This document shows, piece by piece, positions 1 to 12,490 of a DNA stretch of 64,000 nt. Below the pieces are notes generated by a model. That model was not told where the DNA came from and did not search any database. It worked only from the letters and a program-made list of their open reading frames with translations. Position numbers and translations under genes: made by a program. The stretch covers positions 1,488,001 to 1,552,000 of the forward strand of contig OZ037840.1 in the NCBI GenBank assembly GCA_964035575.1, read 5' to 3'. Position 1 is the stretch's first letter; every line of letters begins with the position of its first letter. The stretch comes from Rhynchopus sp. YZ270_cl-10. Taxonomy: Eukaryota.

Positions 1-48
1 TCTGGGTATCTGGGTATCTGGGTATCTGGGTATCTGGGTATCTGGGTA
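1..48. repeat. (TCTGGGTA)n octamer tandem repeat, truncated by window start
   Basis: Six consecutive TCTGGGTA units read directly. Confidence 0.95.
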
Positions 49-280
49 TACCCGAAAACCAACTTTTTTGGGGTACCCGAAAAAAGTTGGCGATATGGTC
101 AGACATGCCCGAAAATAAGTTGAGAAATAGTCAGAGATACCCGAAATACCCGAAAATAAGTTCAGATATTGGTCAGTTATGCCCTATTTTTGAAAATGGG
201 GCATCTCTGACCAATATCTGAACTTATTTTCGGGTATCTCTGACCATTTCAAAAAAAGGGTAGGGCATAACTGACTATTC
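49..280. repeat. Short subterminal-type repeats with a 30-bp perfect inverted repeat (147-176 / 207-236), probably part of a non-autonomous DNA transposon
   Basis: TACCCGAAAATAAGTTCAGATATTGGTCAG and its exact reverse complement; recurring ACCCGAAAA/GGTCAG units. Confidence 0.6.
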
Positions 281-2939
281 CCCTTTTCTTTTTTTTTTTT
301 TTTTTTATTTATTTTATTAAGGGCTTCGCCCCGGTGGGGCGAAGCCCTGGGGCGAAATAAAAAGTAATTTTTTTAGAAAAAAATTAATTTAACGAAAAAA
401 AATTTTTTTCGCCCCGTGGCGAACGCCCTGCTGGCTCGTCCGTTCGCCTAATAAGAGATGCCACATCTCTTATTCGCCCCCCCCCCCCATAGGGGGGTCC
501 ACGTAGAAGGAATTCCTTAAGGATTTGCTGTCCCAAACCCATTTTTTTGAAATTTAGGTGAAGAAACCCACTAAAAAGGTCGTACCTGGCCGCAAATCGC
601 CCTGGGGATCACGAAAATATCCCATTAAACCACCTGACAACCTCTACAGAGACTTTCCTGGTTTAAAAAAATCGGTTTTTTGTGAAAAATCTCCAAAAAT
701 AGCGTCATCAAATCGTCATCAACATGGGCCAAAATGCAACACTTACCAAAAAAATTCCCCAATCAGACAAAAATCCTTCTAAACACCCGAAAAACACCCC
801 AGTCCACATCCGGTGGGGTCCCAGGGTGGAAATATATAGTTTTTACAGCTTTTAGGGGTCCTGTGTGGGCCCCAGATGCATTTTGCAGTGGGTGTGTGTG
901 CCCCAAACGCTTAAAAGTACCCTTTTTTTAGTCACTTTTTTGACTTTTTTTGTACCTGAAAACCCCCAAAAAAGTGCCAAGGTAGTCGGAATGGTGTCCA
1001 AACACCCAGGAAAATGTCCCCCAGACCCCATGTACGGTGAAAAATAGCATTTTGGGCACTTGGGAGGGTTTTATAGGCCATGCAACACTTATGCAACACT
1101 TAAGCAACGGCTATGCAACGCCTAGCAGAAGACCACTTATTTACCAAAAAAAAATAATACCAATTCATTCAAAACACCAAAAAACCACCTCGGTCCACCT
1201 CAGTCCACCTCCAATGAGGTCCCGAGGTGGAAATGTGTGGATTTTGCAGCTTTTTGGGGTCCCTGGGGGGTTTTTGAGGGTGTTTTTGTGTCTGCAACGC
1301 TTAAAATAACGGTATTTCCCCCCATCCTTTTGACGTATTTCGCACCCAAAATAAAAACCCTAAAAGGCGTATTCAGGCAGTCGCAGAAGTGTCTAAATCC
1401 CTCCGAACTGCCTGACAGACCTCCCGAGCTGTGGAAAATCGCACTTGCAACACTTACTGGGGCTTTTTGGTCCCTGAAAATGAGAACGTACCCTGTGCCT
1501 AAGTGCAGTAAAGCCTTCCTTGCCTCCTCCTATGACCAATGATTCGTGCGAATCCATTGTCGGTGTCCTTGACCAAGTTGCAAGCCACCACGGAAGGAGC
1601 CAGCACCCCGACAACACCGACCCACTGTCGCTGAAACCTAGACATCCTCTACAGTCTAGGTTGGGTTCCGTATCTCTCAAGGGAAGAACTTGCCGCAGGA
1701 TACACCAAGCGCACCACAAAGGCAGGTCCATGCAAAGTACCCAGAAGTAGCAACTTGAAAAGTACAACACTAAAGTGCTTCATCTCTTCACAAAGACAGA
1801 GATGCAGGAATTTGCGGCAGATTGTGCACCCCTTGACGGCGAAGACACCGGTACGATGAATAAGGAGCCTCTGGTCGCTATGCTGTCTCAGTGAGCAGTA
1901 CAGGGATTCTATAGGCATATTAGGGGGTATAATTCCATGGAAAAAAGCGGAAAAAGCGGAAAAAAAACACCAAAAAAATCAGAAAAAAGTGCGAAATAGT
2001 GCTCAAAAGTGTGTTTTTCGTGGTTTTGGGTGATTTTTTGGGGGTTTGGGGGTGTTTTGAGGTGTTTTTTCGGGTTTTTCGCGGGTTATTACAAAAAAAA
2101 GTGGTTTGGGACAGCAAAAACGGCCGGACGGACCCCCCTACCCCGACGGGCCCCCCCCCAGTAAGGGAAAAAATATTTTTTAGAAGTGACCTTTTTTTGG
2201 GGGGTCCGGGGGGCCGGAAAATTTTTTCACCAATTTTTGCCTACAAAAAATCGGGAATTTTTTTTTTTTTTTGTGTTATCAAGCATTGACGAATAGAAAT
2301 GGAAAACGACGGATGGTGCGTGCCCGCTTTAGCGTATTGTTTTTCCACTAACATCACTCACATTCATCAGTGAAAAACACAAACCTTTTGCGGTGCGATA
2401 AACGAAAAAGTGTTTTCTTTATTTCATTTAACTGTCATATCCTGAAGTCGTTTTCTATTTTTTGATTTCGGCTCTTCCGAGGCTGTGCGGGCTGAGATGG
2501 GGTCACTTTGCGCTGAGAAATGAGTATTTTTGACCTAAAATGCATGTGTCAGTTTTATACAGGCCATTTTCAGGTTTTGTGTGCAAAATATGGTCAGTAC
2601 TTGACTTTGAAGGAAAAATGCAAAGTGAACGTGGGAGCAGTTTGCATAGCTGCGAACTTTGCTGCATGTTGTGACCCACCATTTGACGGACGGAGCTCGT
2701 AGAACCCAATGAGGAGTGAGAAAGAAGGACATGGTCAAATAAAAAAGTAGCATACCGTGCGCCTGCGGCGCAAGCTTGCATTCCACCCTCCGACATAGCT
2801 TGGCTGTAAAACAAAGTGCATTTTTAAGCGCAATTTTTTGAAATGTTGCGTACCGTGGCTTCGCCAGAACGCAGTTTTCTCGAAGTCTTCTTGCTCTTGA
2901 ACATTGCAAGTCGGATAATGGGATACTCTCGCACGGGTT

Positions 2940-3266
2940 TTGGAGGCTGCGGTCGTTGCACTCCCGTCTTCCGTTGTTGTTGAACGAGGATTCTCTCTCC
3001 TGGACCACATCTACGCAAAGAGACGCCACCGCCTTTCTCACAGCACTATTGAGAAGCTGATGATTCTTCATGAACAGGCACCCGAGTTTAATACCGAAGA
3101 GATGGGGAATATTCTTGAACACGCTGTTGTCCTGTTTCTCAGCAACAAGCGTCACAGGTTCAAGAGAAAACGGAGGGCGGAGGAGTTGGAAGACTTCGCT
3201 TCCCCCGTATTTGTTTCCGGAATTGAGCTTATGAGGACCTTTTTCGCGCGCAGCGCGTATGTTTGA
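2940..3266 (+). pseudogene. hAT transposase C-terminal dimerisation-domain fragment
   Basis: ALPSSVVVERGFSLLDHIYAKRRHRLSHSTIEKLMIL matches the hAT dimerisation motif (SS..VER.FS......R.RL....E.LM.L). The upstream part is lost or interrupted by a dispersed repeat. Confidence 0.75.
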
Positions 3267-5462
3267 ACCGTATCGTGGGCAAAAAAAAATCATGATTTTC
3301 ACCACCAGCCATGGACCAAGGTCGAAAAATGTCTGATTCCTGTGTAGAAAAACCCGTAAAAAAACCAGAATTCCAAGCCCGAAAGTGCGATTTTTGTAGC
3401 TGTTGAGCGTCAGGCCTGCTCTAACACAATGGGTGGGAAATTTTTTTTTACCCCCCCTTTTTACAATACATAAGCACTACATAGGAACTACACAAATATG
3501 ACTTTTTTTTTGGGGCGTGCCACACCAAATGAAACATTTTTTATAAAACGAAAAATAGTGCATGAAATGCATCTGTGTGCGTGAGCACACATATCGTTCA
3601 TTCAATGCACATTCATCTTACAAAACGCCCCCTTTGCTTCAAATACGTAAAACGCGTAAAAACCCTTTTTCCCTGTTCGCTTATTATAAAAGAGTGACTA
3701 AGCACAGCTTAGTTTTAGCTCATCACTTTTTTTTTTATATTGGCCTTCGTTTTTCCAGATGTGTGTGCACGTAGAGGCACATTCATCTGTCACGTTTTCT
3801 TTTTACCCCTTGTTAAAAGATGCAGGTGTGTGCATATGAGGCAGTTGCATCTTTACCAAACTTATATTTCTTTCTTTGTTTTTGTCTTTTCTCTCTTTTT
3901 TTGAAATTTTCTGAATCCTTTTCTCTCGCACGAAGGAGGTACCCTAATATTCGCCCCTGGTTGCCCCAATTCGCGCCAATTCGCGTTTTGTACTTAGCCG
4001 TTTTTTCGCGAAAAAAAACGCTAATTGGCGCGAATTGGCGCGACACGATTAGGGTATGAAATTCGCGCCAATTAGCGTTTTTTTCCCCAGGTAGGTTAGG
4101 TACCTGGTGGTGCCGAAATTCCCCAGCCAAAATTGGTCGCAAAATCGGCCGATTTTTCAAAAATCTCAAAAAAAAAAAATTTTTTTTTTTTTTTCACAAG
4201 TGCTTTTGAGGCCTGCTCACTACACCCTGGGTACCCTTCTGGGACCAAAAAGTCCAAAAAAGCAAGAATTGGGCTGTTTTGAGCATCTAGAGTTTATTCC
4301 CCAGCCATTTTCTGTACCACCAGTGCATTTTGTATGGGCCAGCGCCTTGTCAAAAAATCGAAAAATCTCAAAAAAAAAAAATTTTTCCAAAATACGGTCA
4401 TTTTGTTCACACAGTGATTCTACGTCATGCTAGCTTCCTGTGCAGAACTCCAGCAATTCACCAATGCCGGCATCTATCTTTCCATTATCGCCATTGCACT
4501 TCGTTCACGCCATTGCACTTCGGTCATTTTGTGCATACCCTGTGACTGTGGTGGCTAGAGAACACGCACATGCAGACCCGTTCCTTGCAATTTCCAGTGT
4601 TGTGTTTATCAATGCATGCATCCAGAGGACCTCTGGTTTACGAAATCGTAGGCACTCCTGTGCAAAAATGAAGTCGGTTTTTGACCCAAAATCGGGGTGG
4701 GTGGGCCATAATTTGCTCCAAATTTGGCCGAAAATTGGGATTTTTCTGAAAATTTTCATTGTGCCCAGCAAAAATCCTTGATTTTTTGAAGAATTTTCCA
4801 AAAAATATGCTATACCCCCTATGACTGGACCCAACTCCCCTCACCCTTTTTTTCCCCTAAAAAAGCCCCCAAAATTCCTACCATTTTTACCATTTTTACC
4901 ATTTTTGACCAATTTAGGGTACCTCCGAAGATGCCTCTTTCCCGAATTGTTTTGTACCTTCTATTCAAGTATAATAGAAAGTATATGAAATATTTTTTTT
5001 GTTTTTTATGGGGAGGAGAAGGGTGTTTCCCCCACTCGGCCATTTTCCTTTTCCAAATGGTACACTTTCGTTTAAGCGGAATACTCCTAGAAGATTCCTT
5101 TGTGTTACACACGAGCACACAGCTACATCTTCGCAAGGTTTATCTTCAACGTAGGTGTATCATGGATATCTTTTCTTTTCTTTCTTTCAGTACCAAAAAC
5201 TGAATGGAAAAAATATTAAAAAAGGCTCTTTTTTCACACTTTTTGTCTCTCCAACAGTGCGACAGCGACATCTCCCTGTGTGACGGAGCATCTCCTGTCT
5301 GTCTGCACCTCATGACCACAGATGTCTGCACATCAACAGTGCCTCGTGTGGAGGGCGCGATTGTCGCTACTTACGGATTGCCTGCCTTTACTGAGTACCC
5401 AAACCACGCCCACTAGGAGGCTCATATTCCCTCAACCCCCCTCCCCACACACAGCCCCCAAC

Positions 5463-8438
5463 ATGGTGCACTCATGTGTGCCCGTGCTGCTGCTTTCACT
5501 GCTGTGTGGCGCTGACGCTGCCCTGAAGAAGCCGATCCGCCTGATCGGTGTCTTCGCCACGTCGCCGCCACTCGCACCGCACGACAAAAGCTGGAACCCT
5601 CTTGTGCCGTGCGAGCGCATTGTGACTGAGGGTGACGACGACTGCTACAAGGGCGGCTTCCCTGGGGTGGCTGCGTGGATGGAGCACTATTCACAGGACG
5701 TGCGTGGGACCATCAAAGTGACACCACCAGACTTCAAGTCCCGCATGATCTTTGGGCATCCCCTTGGCCTGGATCTGAACTACGAGATCTGGGACAGGCT
5801 TGGTCTCGACTTCATCACGATGAGGGCAGAGCACTTGATGACACAAGCCACAGACGCATCCGTTGTGGAGAACTTTGTTGCAAACATGAAACTGCCAATG
5901 ATCATGACGGACCTTGCTATTCAGGACAACTTTGTCTACCTTCTGGGCCTGCTGACCATGTGGCATGTGAAGGTGATTGACGGTGTGCAGATCGGTGTGA
6001 TCGTGCTGTGGTCCGAGACTTACGTCGGACGACGTGGTCAGTCCATTCCCCACGACAAGCTCATCCCCGTGGTGACAACAAGGCTGCGTGCCCAGGGTGT
6101 GGCACAGATCGTGGTGCTCCGCATTGGCCACGTGGGTGTGGAGGACGAGATGCAGCAACTGACGACGTACGACGTGGACGTGGTTCTCACGGACGTTGTT
6201 GCGGGGACAGACTTTGCTTCGAACGGGACGTCTGTTCTGTATGCAGCAGGCATTCAGGACAACAAGGCAACTGCGTACCCAATCGTGACGTTGGACTTGA
6301 CCGAAGAAGAGGACGGGTCGAAGTGGTACTACAGTGCAACAGAGGTGAGTGCACGTGACCTGCCTGTTCCTGTGACGGACGCACGCTTTGCAGCAAACCT
6401 TGCCTGGATGCAAGAGCAGATTGTACTGAGCCAGACAAACGACTACGTGGTTGCAACGTCGACAGCAGTGATGCCGTCGATCAATGAGGAAGGGTTCTAC
6501 GACTGCCGTGGGGGTGACTGTGAGTTGGGCAAGATGACTGCAGATGCGATGCGTGAGTGGGCAGGGACGGACCTGGCAATGATGAATGGGGGTGCTCTGC
6601 GCGGTGTTGGGTGGGAGAAGGGTCCGATCAAGCGTAGTGCTTTGTGGGGCACGTACCCTTTTGCAAACCTGCTGTGCAAAGTGAACATGTCAGGCACTGT
6701 GCTGCTGGATTTCATGAACCACGGAGTGAGTGCACTGCTTCCGAACGGAACACGAGACAAGACGAGCCGCCTTGGTCTGTACCCACAGATGAGTGGGATG
6801 CGGTTCACCATCAACCCCAGCCTCCCCGAACGTCGTGTTGTTTCGATCGATGTGCTCACACCCACAGGGGTGTACGAGCCACTGCAGAAGCGTAAGTTGT
6901 ACTCCATTGTCCTTCCAGAGTTCATTGCAGGTGGTGGTGACGGGTACGGGATGCTTCCCACGAACCAGCACGACGGGTCGGAAGGCTGTGGTATCGACAC
7001 TGCACTGGAGGTGACAGAGACGTACCTGAAGGCTGCATCGATTTACACTCCGTCCTTGGGTGACAGAATGAGTCTCAACATGGCTGGGAGTGCACTGATG
7101 ATGATGAACCAGACGAAGTACAACTGCACAGAGAACCAGAAGTACGATCCACACTGGCAGCACTGCGAGGACTGCCCTGAAGGCTTCTGGCACCCAGACA
7201 TGGACAGCCCTGCGTGTGTGGAGAAGCTTCCGAGTGAGGTGGACATCGGGATGATTCTTGGCATCGTGTTTGGTGGTCTTGTCCTGCTTGTGATCCCGAT
7301 TGCGTGGAAGATGACAGAGAAGCAGCGCCGCATCAACGCGCTCTTCAACAACAACAAGATTGCAGAGGAGTGTGCCATTGCGGTTATGGACCTCCGTCTT
7401 GGCGACCTTGACTACCTCCACGAGCTGGAGAAGCCGAACACGATTCAGTCTGCGTTTATTGCCATCACGAAGCAGATGAAGGTGTACATGGAGTTTATGC
7501 CCAAGAACCTGATTGCGAACTACAAGGACACGAGCGACGATGGGAGCGAGACACGGTCCACATGCAAGCCCCGCTCTGATGCACTGTCGTCTCGCCGCTC
7601 GAGTGCCGCGACGTCACGCTCTGGTCTGCGGCGAATGGCTGATTCTTCGTCGAGGTTTTCGTCCGAGATGCAGATGCAGCAGAGACGTGTGCGTGCCACG
7701 TTTGCGAAGCGCAGACGCCTGTCTGTGCTGTACCTGAACAGCAAGGGCCACACCGCACTCTGCACAGCAGACAACGCCGTCAGCATCCACTCCTACTTCA
7801 TCGAAACCTTCAACAGAGTTGTGGAGACCAACAAAGGCCTTGCGGAGCCTATGTGCGGCGACCGTGTCGTGGCGGTGTGGAACACTGTCGTGGACCGTTC
7901 GAACCACGCAATCTTTGCGTGCAAGGCCGCACGCGACTTGGCGACGTTTTCCGAGAGGGGCATTGTGCCGCAGATCGGTGTGGCCTCGGGGCCGTCGCTG
8001 TTTGGGCTGTTTGGGGGTACCGGGACGAAGAAGTACGACATCATTGGGAAGACGTTGAACGCGGCTTCTATTCTGATGCTGCTGAACAAGGAGTACGACA
8101 CGAAGGTGCTGGTCACCAAGCAGGTGGCACAGGAAGCTGCCACGACGTTCTACCTCAGGATTGTCGACCACGTGAACTACACAAAGCTCGAGAACAGCTT
8201 CATCTACTCCCTGGAGACCGAGCGTGGCGCGGTAGCACAGGACGAGTGGATGTACGAGATGGAGAACGCAGATGGCCGTGACCCCTTCTCCATCAACAAC
8301 CACGACTGGATGGAATTCATCAAGACCCGCACCATCTCCGGCAACATCGAAACAATGTCAGGAACGCTGTTAGAACTGAAGAAAAGGAACTTCGCGGGAG
8401 AATACCACGCGCCCTGTGCGTCGTTGGACCTCCTGTAA
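5463..8438 (+). CDS. Single-pass membrane protein: signal peptide, 5'-nucleotidase/apyrase-like ectodomain, Cys-rich linker, TM helix, degenerate class III nucleotide cyclase domain
   Basis: Signal peptide MVHSCVPVLLLSLLCGADA. 5'-nucleotidase C-domain motifs ADAMREWAGTDLAMMNGGALRG, YPFAN, PQMSGMRF, FIAGGGDGY. TM ILGIVFGGLVLLVIPIAW. Cyclase-like GDRVVAVWN, GVASGPSLFGLFG, YDIIG. Start placed at the ATG giving the signal peptide; the ORF is open from 5322. Confidence 0.85.
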   Translation: MVHSCVPVLLLSLLCGADAALKKPIRLIGVFATSPPLAPHDKSWNPLVPCERIVTEGDDDCYKGGFPGVAAWMEHYSQDVRGTIKVTPPDFKSRMIFGHPLGLDLNYEIWDRLGLDFITMRAEHLMTQATDASVVENFVANMKLPMIMTDLAIQDNFVYLLGLLTMWHVKVIDGVQIGVIVLWSETYVGRRGQSIPHDKLIPVVTTRLRAQGVAQIVVLRIGHVGVEDEMQQLTTYDVDVVLTDVVAGTDFASNGTSVLYAAGIQDNKATAYPIVTLDLTEEEDGSKWYYSATEVSARDLPVPVTDARFAANLAWMQEQIVLSQTNDYVVATSTAVMPSINEEGFYDCRGGDCELGKMTADAMREWAGTDLAMMNGGALRGVGWEKGPIKRSALWGTYPFANLLCKVNMSGTVLLDFMNHGVSALLPNGTRDKTSRLGLYPQMSGMRFTINPSLPERRVVSIDVLTPTGVYEPLQKRKLYSIVLPEFIAGGGDGYGMLPTNQHDGSEGCGIDTALEVTETYLKAASIYTPSLGDRMSLNMAGSALMMMNQTKYNCTENQKYDPHWQHCEDCPEGFWHPDMDSPACVEKLPSEVDIGMILGIVFGGLVLLVIPIAWKMTEKQRRINALFNNNKIAEECAIAVMDLRLGDLDYLHELEKPNTIQSAFIAITKQMKVYMEFMPKNLIANYKDTSDDGSETRSTCKPRSDALSSRRSSAATSRSGLRRMADSSSRFSSEMQMQQRRVRATFAKRRRLSVLYLNSKGHTALCTADNAVSIHSYFIETFNRVVETNKGLAEPMCGDRVVAVWNTVVDRSNHAIFACKAARDLATFSERGIVPQIGVASGPSLFGLFGGTGTKKYDIIGKTLNAASILMLLNKEYDTKVLVTKQVAQEAATTFYLRIVDHVNYTKLENSFIYSLETERGAVAQDEWMYEMENADGRDPFSINNHDWMEFIKTRTISGNIETMSGTLLELKKRNFAGEYHAPCASLDLL

Positions 8439-9687
8439 GCAAAACACACAGTGAAACACATCCCGTCTCTCAATACTTCACCAAAATTTAGCAAAAAAAA
8501 TTTAAACACAACGTTTTTAACCAAAAAATGCACCCCGTGTCAAAAAAGTACCGGGAAAGGAACAACAAATGAGAGGCACTTTTAGGCCGGGGGGAAAGTG
8601 TGGGTTTTTCTCACAAGGTGACTAAGCACGAAGAGCTTAGGTTCGTCTTATTACGACTTTAGAGTCTGATGTTTTTTTTTTGTTCGAACGAATGTACCAA
8701 AAGTGCCAAAGAGATAAAGTACAGCGGAAGTACGCCCCCTATCAGGGTGTCTACACTGTGCAGATAGAATTTAGAAAAAAATAATTATTTTCTTTTTCGG
8801 CATGGTATCTTTTTTTTGAGAGTAAAATATTCTTTGTTCACCCCCCCCCCCACACACACCACAATGCAAATACAAAACACCTACCGACCCTCTCCGTGAA
8901 AATTCGGTAAAAATAAAATCCACCTTTTCACAGAAGACGCATGTTACCCGCCCTTTTTTTTCTTTGCTTTTTTTAACGTATAAGGTTTGGAAATGCCTCG
9001 TTCATTGGGTGAATGTAGCAGCTAACCTACGATTATTTTTTTCATCAGTGGATTTTTACGGCGAAATTGCGTCGTAAAAACGGAGGCTTACGTTTATTCT
9101 GCGTTTCATTTTTGTTAGGCACATTTCATCTTACAAAATTTTCCTTGGCACCTTTGTGTGTCTCCCAAAAAACCAGAAAAAGCGTTGTGACGTTTTGAAA
9201 GAAGAAACAAATAAAATTTCCCGTCTCACACTTAGTGGAAGTGACGCAATTCGGGGGCGGTTTCACTTCTATTCACTTCACTACTATTTCACCACCGTCA
9301 TGTCCTTAGCTACCTAAATAACTGAGTAGCATGGGTTTGTGAACGTTGCCATTTTCATTTTTTATAGTGTCTGCATCCGCCGATTGAGGGCGTTTGCAGT
9401 CTTCAACTTTTTTTTGTGTATTTTTTTAGATGTGTGTGTGCACGAGAGGCACCAAATTTTCATTATTATTTTTTTCAAGGTGACTAAGCCTGAGAGGCTT
9501 AGGATCATCTTATAAACTTTTCTTTTTTTAGTATCGTGGGTTCAGTGTCTTATCCAGGAATCCAGATTTTAAGTTTGGGGGGGGTCAGTTTGTTTTTTTG
9601 CCCAAATTTTTTTTTTCAGCACGACCAGGCAGAGTTTATTTTTCAATCCGGTTTTTCAGGCCTCAAGGGGGGTCGAAAATTTGTCAG

Positions 9688-10135
9688 CCGAGCCCGGGCG
9701 CGCTTCGCGCGCCCGGGTCCCCACCTTAGCTCAAGTTGGGGGCCTCCGGCGGAATGTGAGAATTCCGTGGTTGTCCAACTGCGGAGTTCGGCACTTCCCT
9801 GATATTTACACCAGGCAGACGGGGCACACGAATTATCAGTAACCTCAGTACATTTACAAAAGAAACGGCGGTCATGCACCCATAGGTACTTCCAGATTTT
9901 GCTGAAACGAAGGTTCCTGGCGAAGCCACGGTACGCAACATTTCAAAAATTTGCGCTTAAAATTACACATTTTTACCGCCAAACTATGTCATGGGAAGGG
10001 TGGGTTGCAAGCTTGCGCCGCAGGCGCACGGTACGCTACTTTTTGTCTTTCGCCATGCTGCATGCTTCCTTTTCCTTCGGCGCTTGACTAATTGAGTCGC
10101 GTTCTGGCTGCACTTTGTTCACGAGGCACGAGGCT
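9688..10135 (+). repeat. Dispersed ~450-bp repeat family with GNA-triloop hairpins (other copies 26143-26535 +, about 2740-2870 -, fragment 14170-14198)
   Basis: Shared blocks CCGAGCCCGGGCGCGCTTCGCGCGCCCGGGTCCCCA, GGCGAAGCCACGGTACGCAACATTTC and GCGCCGCAGGCGCACGGTACGCTACTTT recur at these positions. Confidence 0.85.
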
Positions 10136-10974
10136 GAATATGGCCCATGGCGAGTATGGGTGCATGCCGGGCCACCCCCCCTGGAAATTTTTCGGCCCCC
10201 GGATTTTTTTTTTCTCCACCCCCCCTGGACACAGGGTCCTCAGCCTGCACCCCCCTCTGAGAATTTTAGGGGTGCAAAAATTTTTCTGTACAAAACCCTT
10301 CAGAAAAGTCCATTCCGAGCTTTCTCCCCACACAAGCGGTCGTCGCGCGCGCTCCTCCCTGACAAAGTTGGAAGAGGTGTGAAAATTCCTGGGAAAATGG
10401 GGAAACCAGGGCCTGACGCTATTTTTTTTGGGTTTTTTGTGAAATCGTGGGAGGCTCAAAAAAAATTTCCCGCGCCCGTTTTTTATTTCACATTGGAAAA
10501 AATTTTTAAGGTGTACCTCCGCGAGCGCAGCGAGCGGAAAATTACACTCAGTACCCATGCATAAAACGAAATACACTTCCACATAATCACTTCGCTTGCT
10601 TTCTGGAACTGCTAAAGGTGGCGACAATCGCAGGGAGTATCCCTGGCACCACTTTCACACATTGTGAGCGTGACAGCCACCGAGTGGTGCTTGGCTGTGT
10701 CCGTTGTGGTGCTGACGAAAAGCCAGAGAATCCCTGCTGAAGTCTGAAATCCCCCCTCAAAAAAAAATTTTCGCCCAAAAAAACTTTTTTTTTTTTTTTG
10801 GGGGGGTGCAAAAATATTTTTTGCACCCCCCCGAATTTTTTTTTTTTTTTTTTGGGTGCAAAAAATTTTTTTTGCACCCCCTTGAGGACCCTGCCTGGAC
10901 ACGTCTGAAAAACCCCCCAAGGGGGGTCGAACCCCCCCCCACCCCCCCACAAAAAAAAAAATATATCTATCAAC

Positions 10975-12300
10975 ATGAACCTCTTTACGTCGCCATACAA
11001 TGAACAGAGACCAGGGGCACCTACCCCAATGAGAACAGGGAACCCTGAACTGCCCCAATATGGCACATCAACGTCTTTCACGCCTACAAAGCAACCGGTG
11101 CAACAGGAAGCATGGAGTACAACAGAGACAATGCCTCCACCACCCATGCCTCCCCCAACAAAGGCACAAACGCCCAGGGTGCAGCCAAACGGCACAATGG
11201 AAGACGAAGCCCCTCCAACAAAGGGTTATGCAACACGTCCTCCTCCGCCAACAACGGCACATACACCTAGGATGCAACAAAGCGGCACAATGGAAGACGA
11301 AGCACCTCCAACGAGGGTCTATGCACCGCGTCCTCCTCCACCACCGCCACCTCCAACGGTGCCTCCTGAGGAGAGACAAGCAAGGACCACCGACGTTTTT
11401 TTCACATGTAAAAATGAAACTATTAAGAAAAAAGCATATCGATGGGACGAAATAGCATCCCCCGAAGGTGGAAGAAAGCGCAAAACTAGAGAGAACAAAT
11501 GGACGCATGTCCCACCGAAGGGCACAAAGGCAAAAACACCCCAGCGGAAACATACGGCTTTAGTCGAACAGAACCAAAAGGGTACTAACAAGGCAGACCA
11601 AAAAGGAACGAAAAGGAAAACCAGGGCAACGGAAACTCCGAGCAAAAGCTCTGACCTCTTCAAATCACGTAGAGTGGACGCTGAGAAGCCCTCTGACCTC
11701 TCTAAAAGCCCTCAAACGACACAGGAGTCTCCAACGAAGGGTACAGCCTTACAGGAACCCGAAGAAGCTTATGAGTCGCAGAATCCATACACAAAACTTG
11801 CACGCAAAAAAAATAAAAGGAAGGAACACGACTCCGTACGGGCTTCACCTGGACATCTCCTCAAAAAGGCTAAAAAACAAGAGGCCACTGAGGAGCAAAG
11901 GACCAAGCAAAAAATCCAGGCCGAAACAAGGCCTACACCAAACAAGATACCGGAGAAAACTGGTCCAATAATGTGTCAGGGATGTGAAAGATACTCCACA
12001 ATTGGGGATGACACAATATTCACGGAGGAACTCTTAAAGAAGCATCAACGACGGTGTAAGGGATGGCGGGAGATGATGAAGTCTCCTGAAGTTTCGGAAG
12101 CATCCGGAGACGAAGCCATTTTCGAGGACTCCGAATCACAATCTGATTCCGAGCCTTCACTGGACTCCTGTGAAACTGACTTGACACGATTAACGTGCTC
12201 ACTCTGTGGCAAAGGAACAACTAAAAAAGGACAGGCCTTTACCCCTTCTTCCTTAAAAAACCACAAAAGGCACTGCAAACTTTGGTCTGATGCAATATAA
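10975..12300 (+). CDS. Hypothetical Pro/Lys-rich protein with two C-terminal C2HC-type zinc-finger-like motifs; possibly transposon-borne
   Basis: 441-aa ATG ORF. Duplicated ~22-aa unit (TPR.Q..GTMEDEAPPT). Motifs CQGC..LLKKHQRRC and CSLC..SLKNHKRHC. Confidence 0.6.
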   Translation: MNLFTSPYNEQRPGAPTPMRTGNPELPQYGTSTSFTPTKQPVQQEAWSTTETMPPPPMPPPTKAQTPRVQPNGTMEDEAPPTKGYATRPPPPTTAHTPRMQQSGTMEDEAPPTRVYAPRPPPPPPPPTVPPEERQARTTDVFFTCKNETIKKKAYRWDEIASPEGGRKRKTRENKWTHVPPKGTKAKTPQRKHTALVEQNQKGTNKADQKGTKRKTRATETPSKSSDLFKSRRVDAEKPSDLSKSPQTTQESPTKGTALQEPEEAYESQNPYTKLARKKNKRKEHDSVRASPGHLLKKAKKQEATEEQRTKQKIQAETRPTPNKIPEKTGPIMCQGCERYSTIGDDTIFTEELLKKHQRRCKGWREMMKSPEVSEASGDEAIFEDSESQSDSEPSLDSCETDLTRLTCSLCGKGTTKKGQAFTPSSLKNHKRHCKLWSDAI

Positions 12301-12490
12301 CCTTTCATTCGTCTCAACAGAGTACGAACAAAGGGCCCTAGGTGAGGCGGGCGACGATCACCTGACAATCAAATATCTCCTCTTCTCTTTTTCTTTTATT
12401 GTGTGTACCCTACAAAACTTTATGGATAATGGCTGTTGCTCCATTTTTCCTTTTTTCTTTTTTTCTCCTTTTTTTTTTTTGAAAGCATGA

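Noticed and set aside
1390..1920. Coding-like GC-balanced segment within repeats
   Set aside because: Only short broken ORFs with no motif I can recognise; possibly a decayed element.
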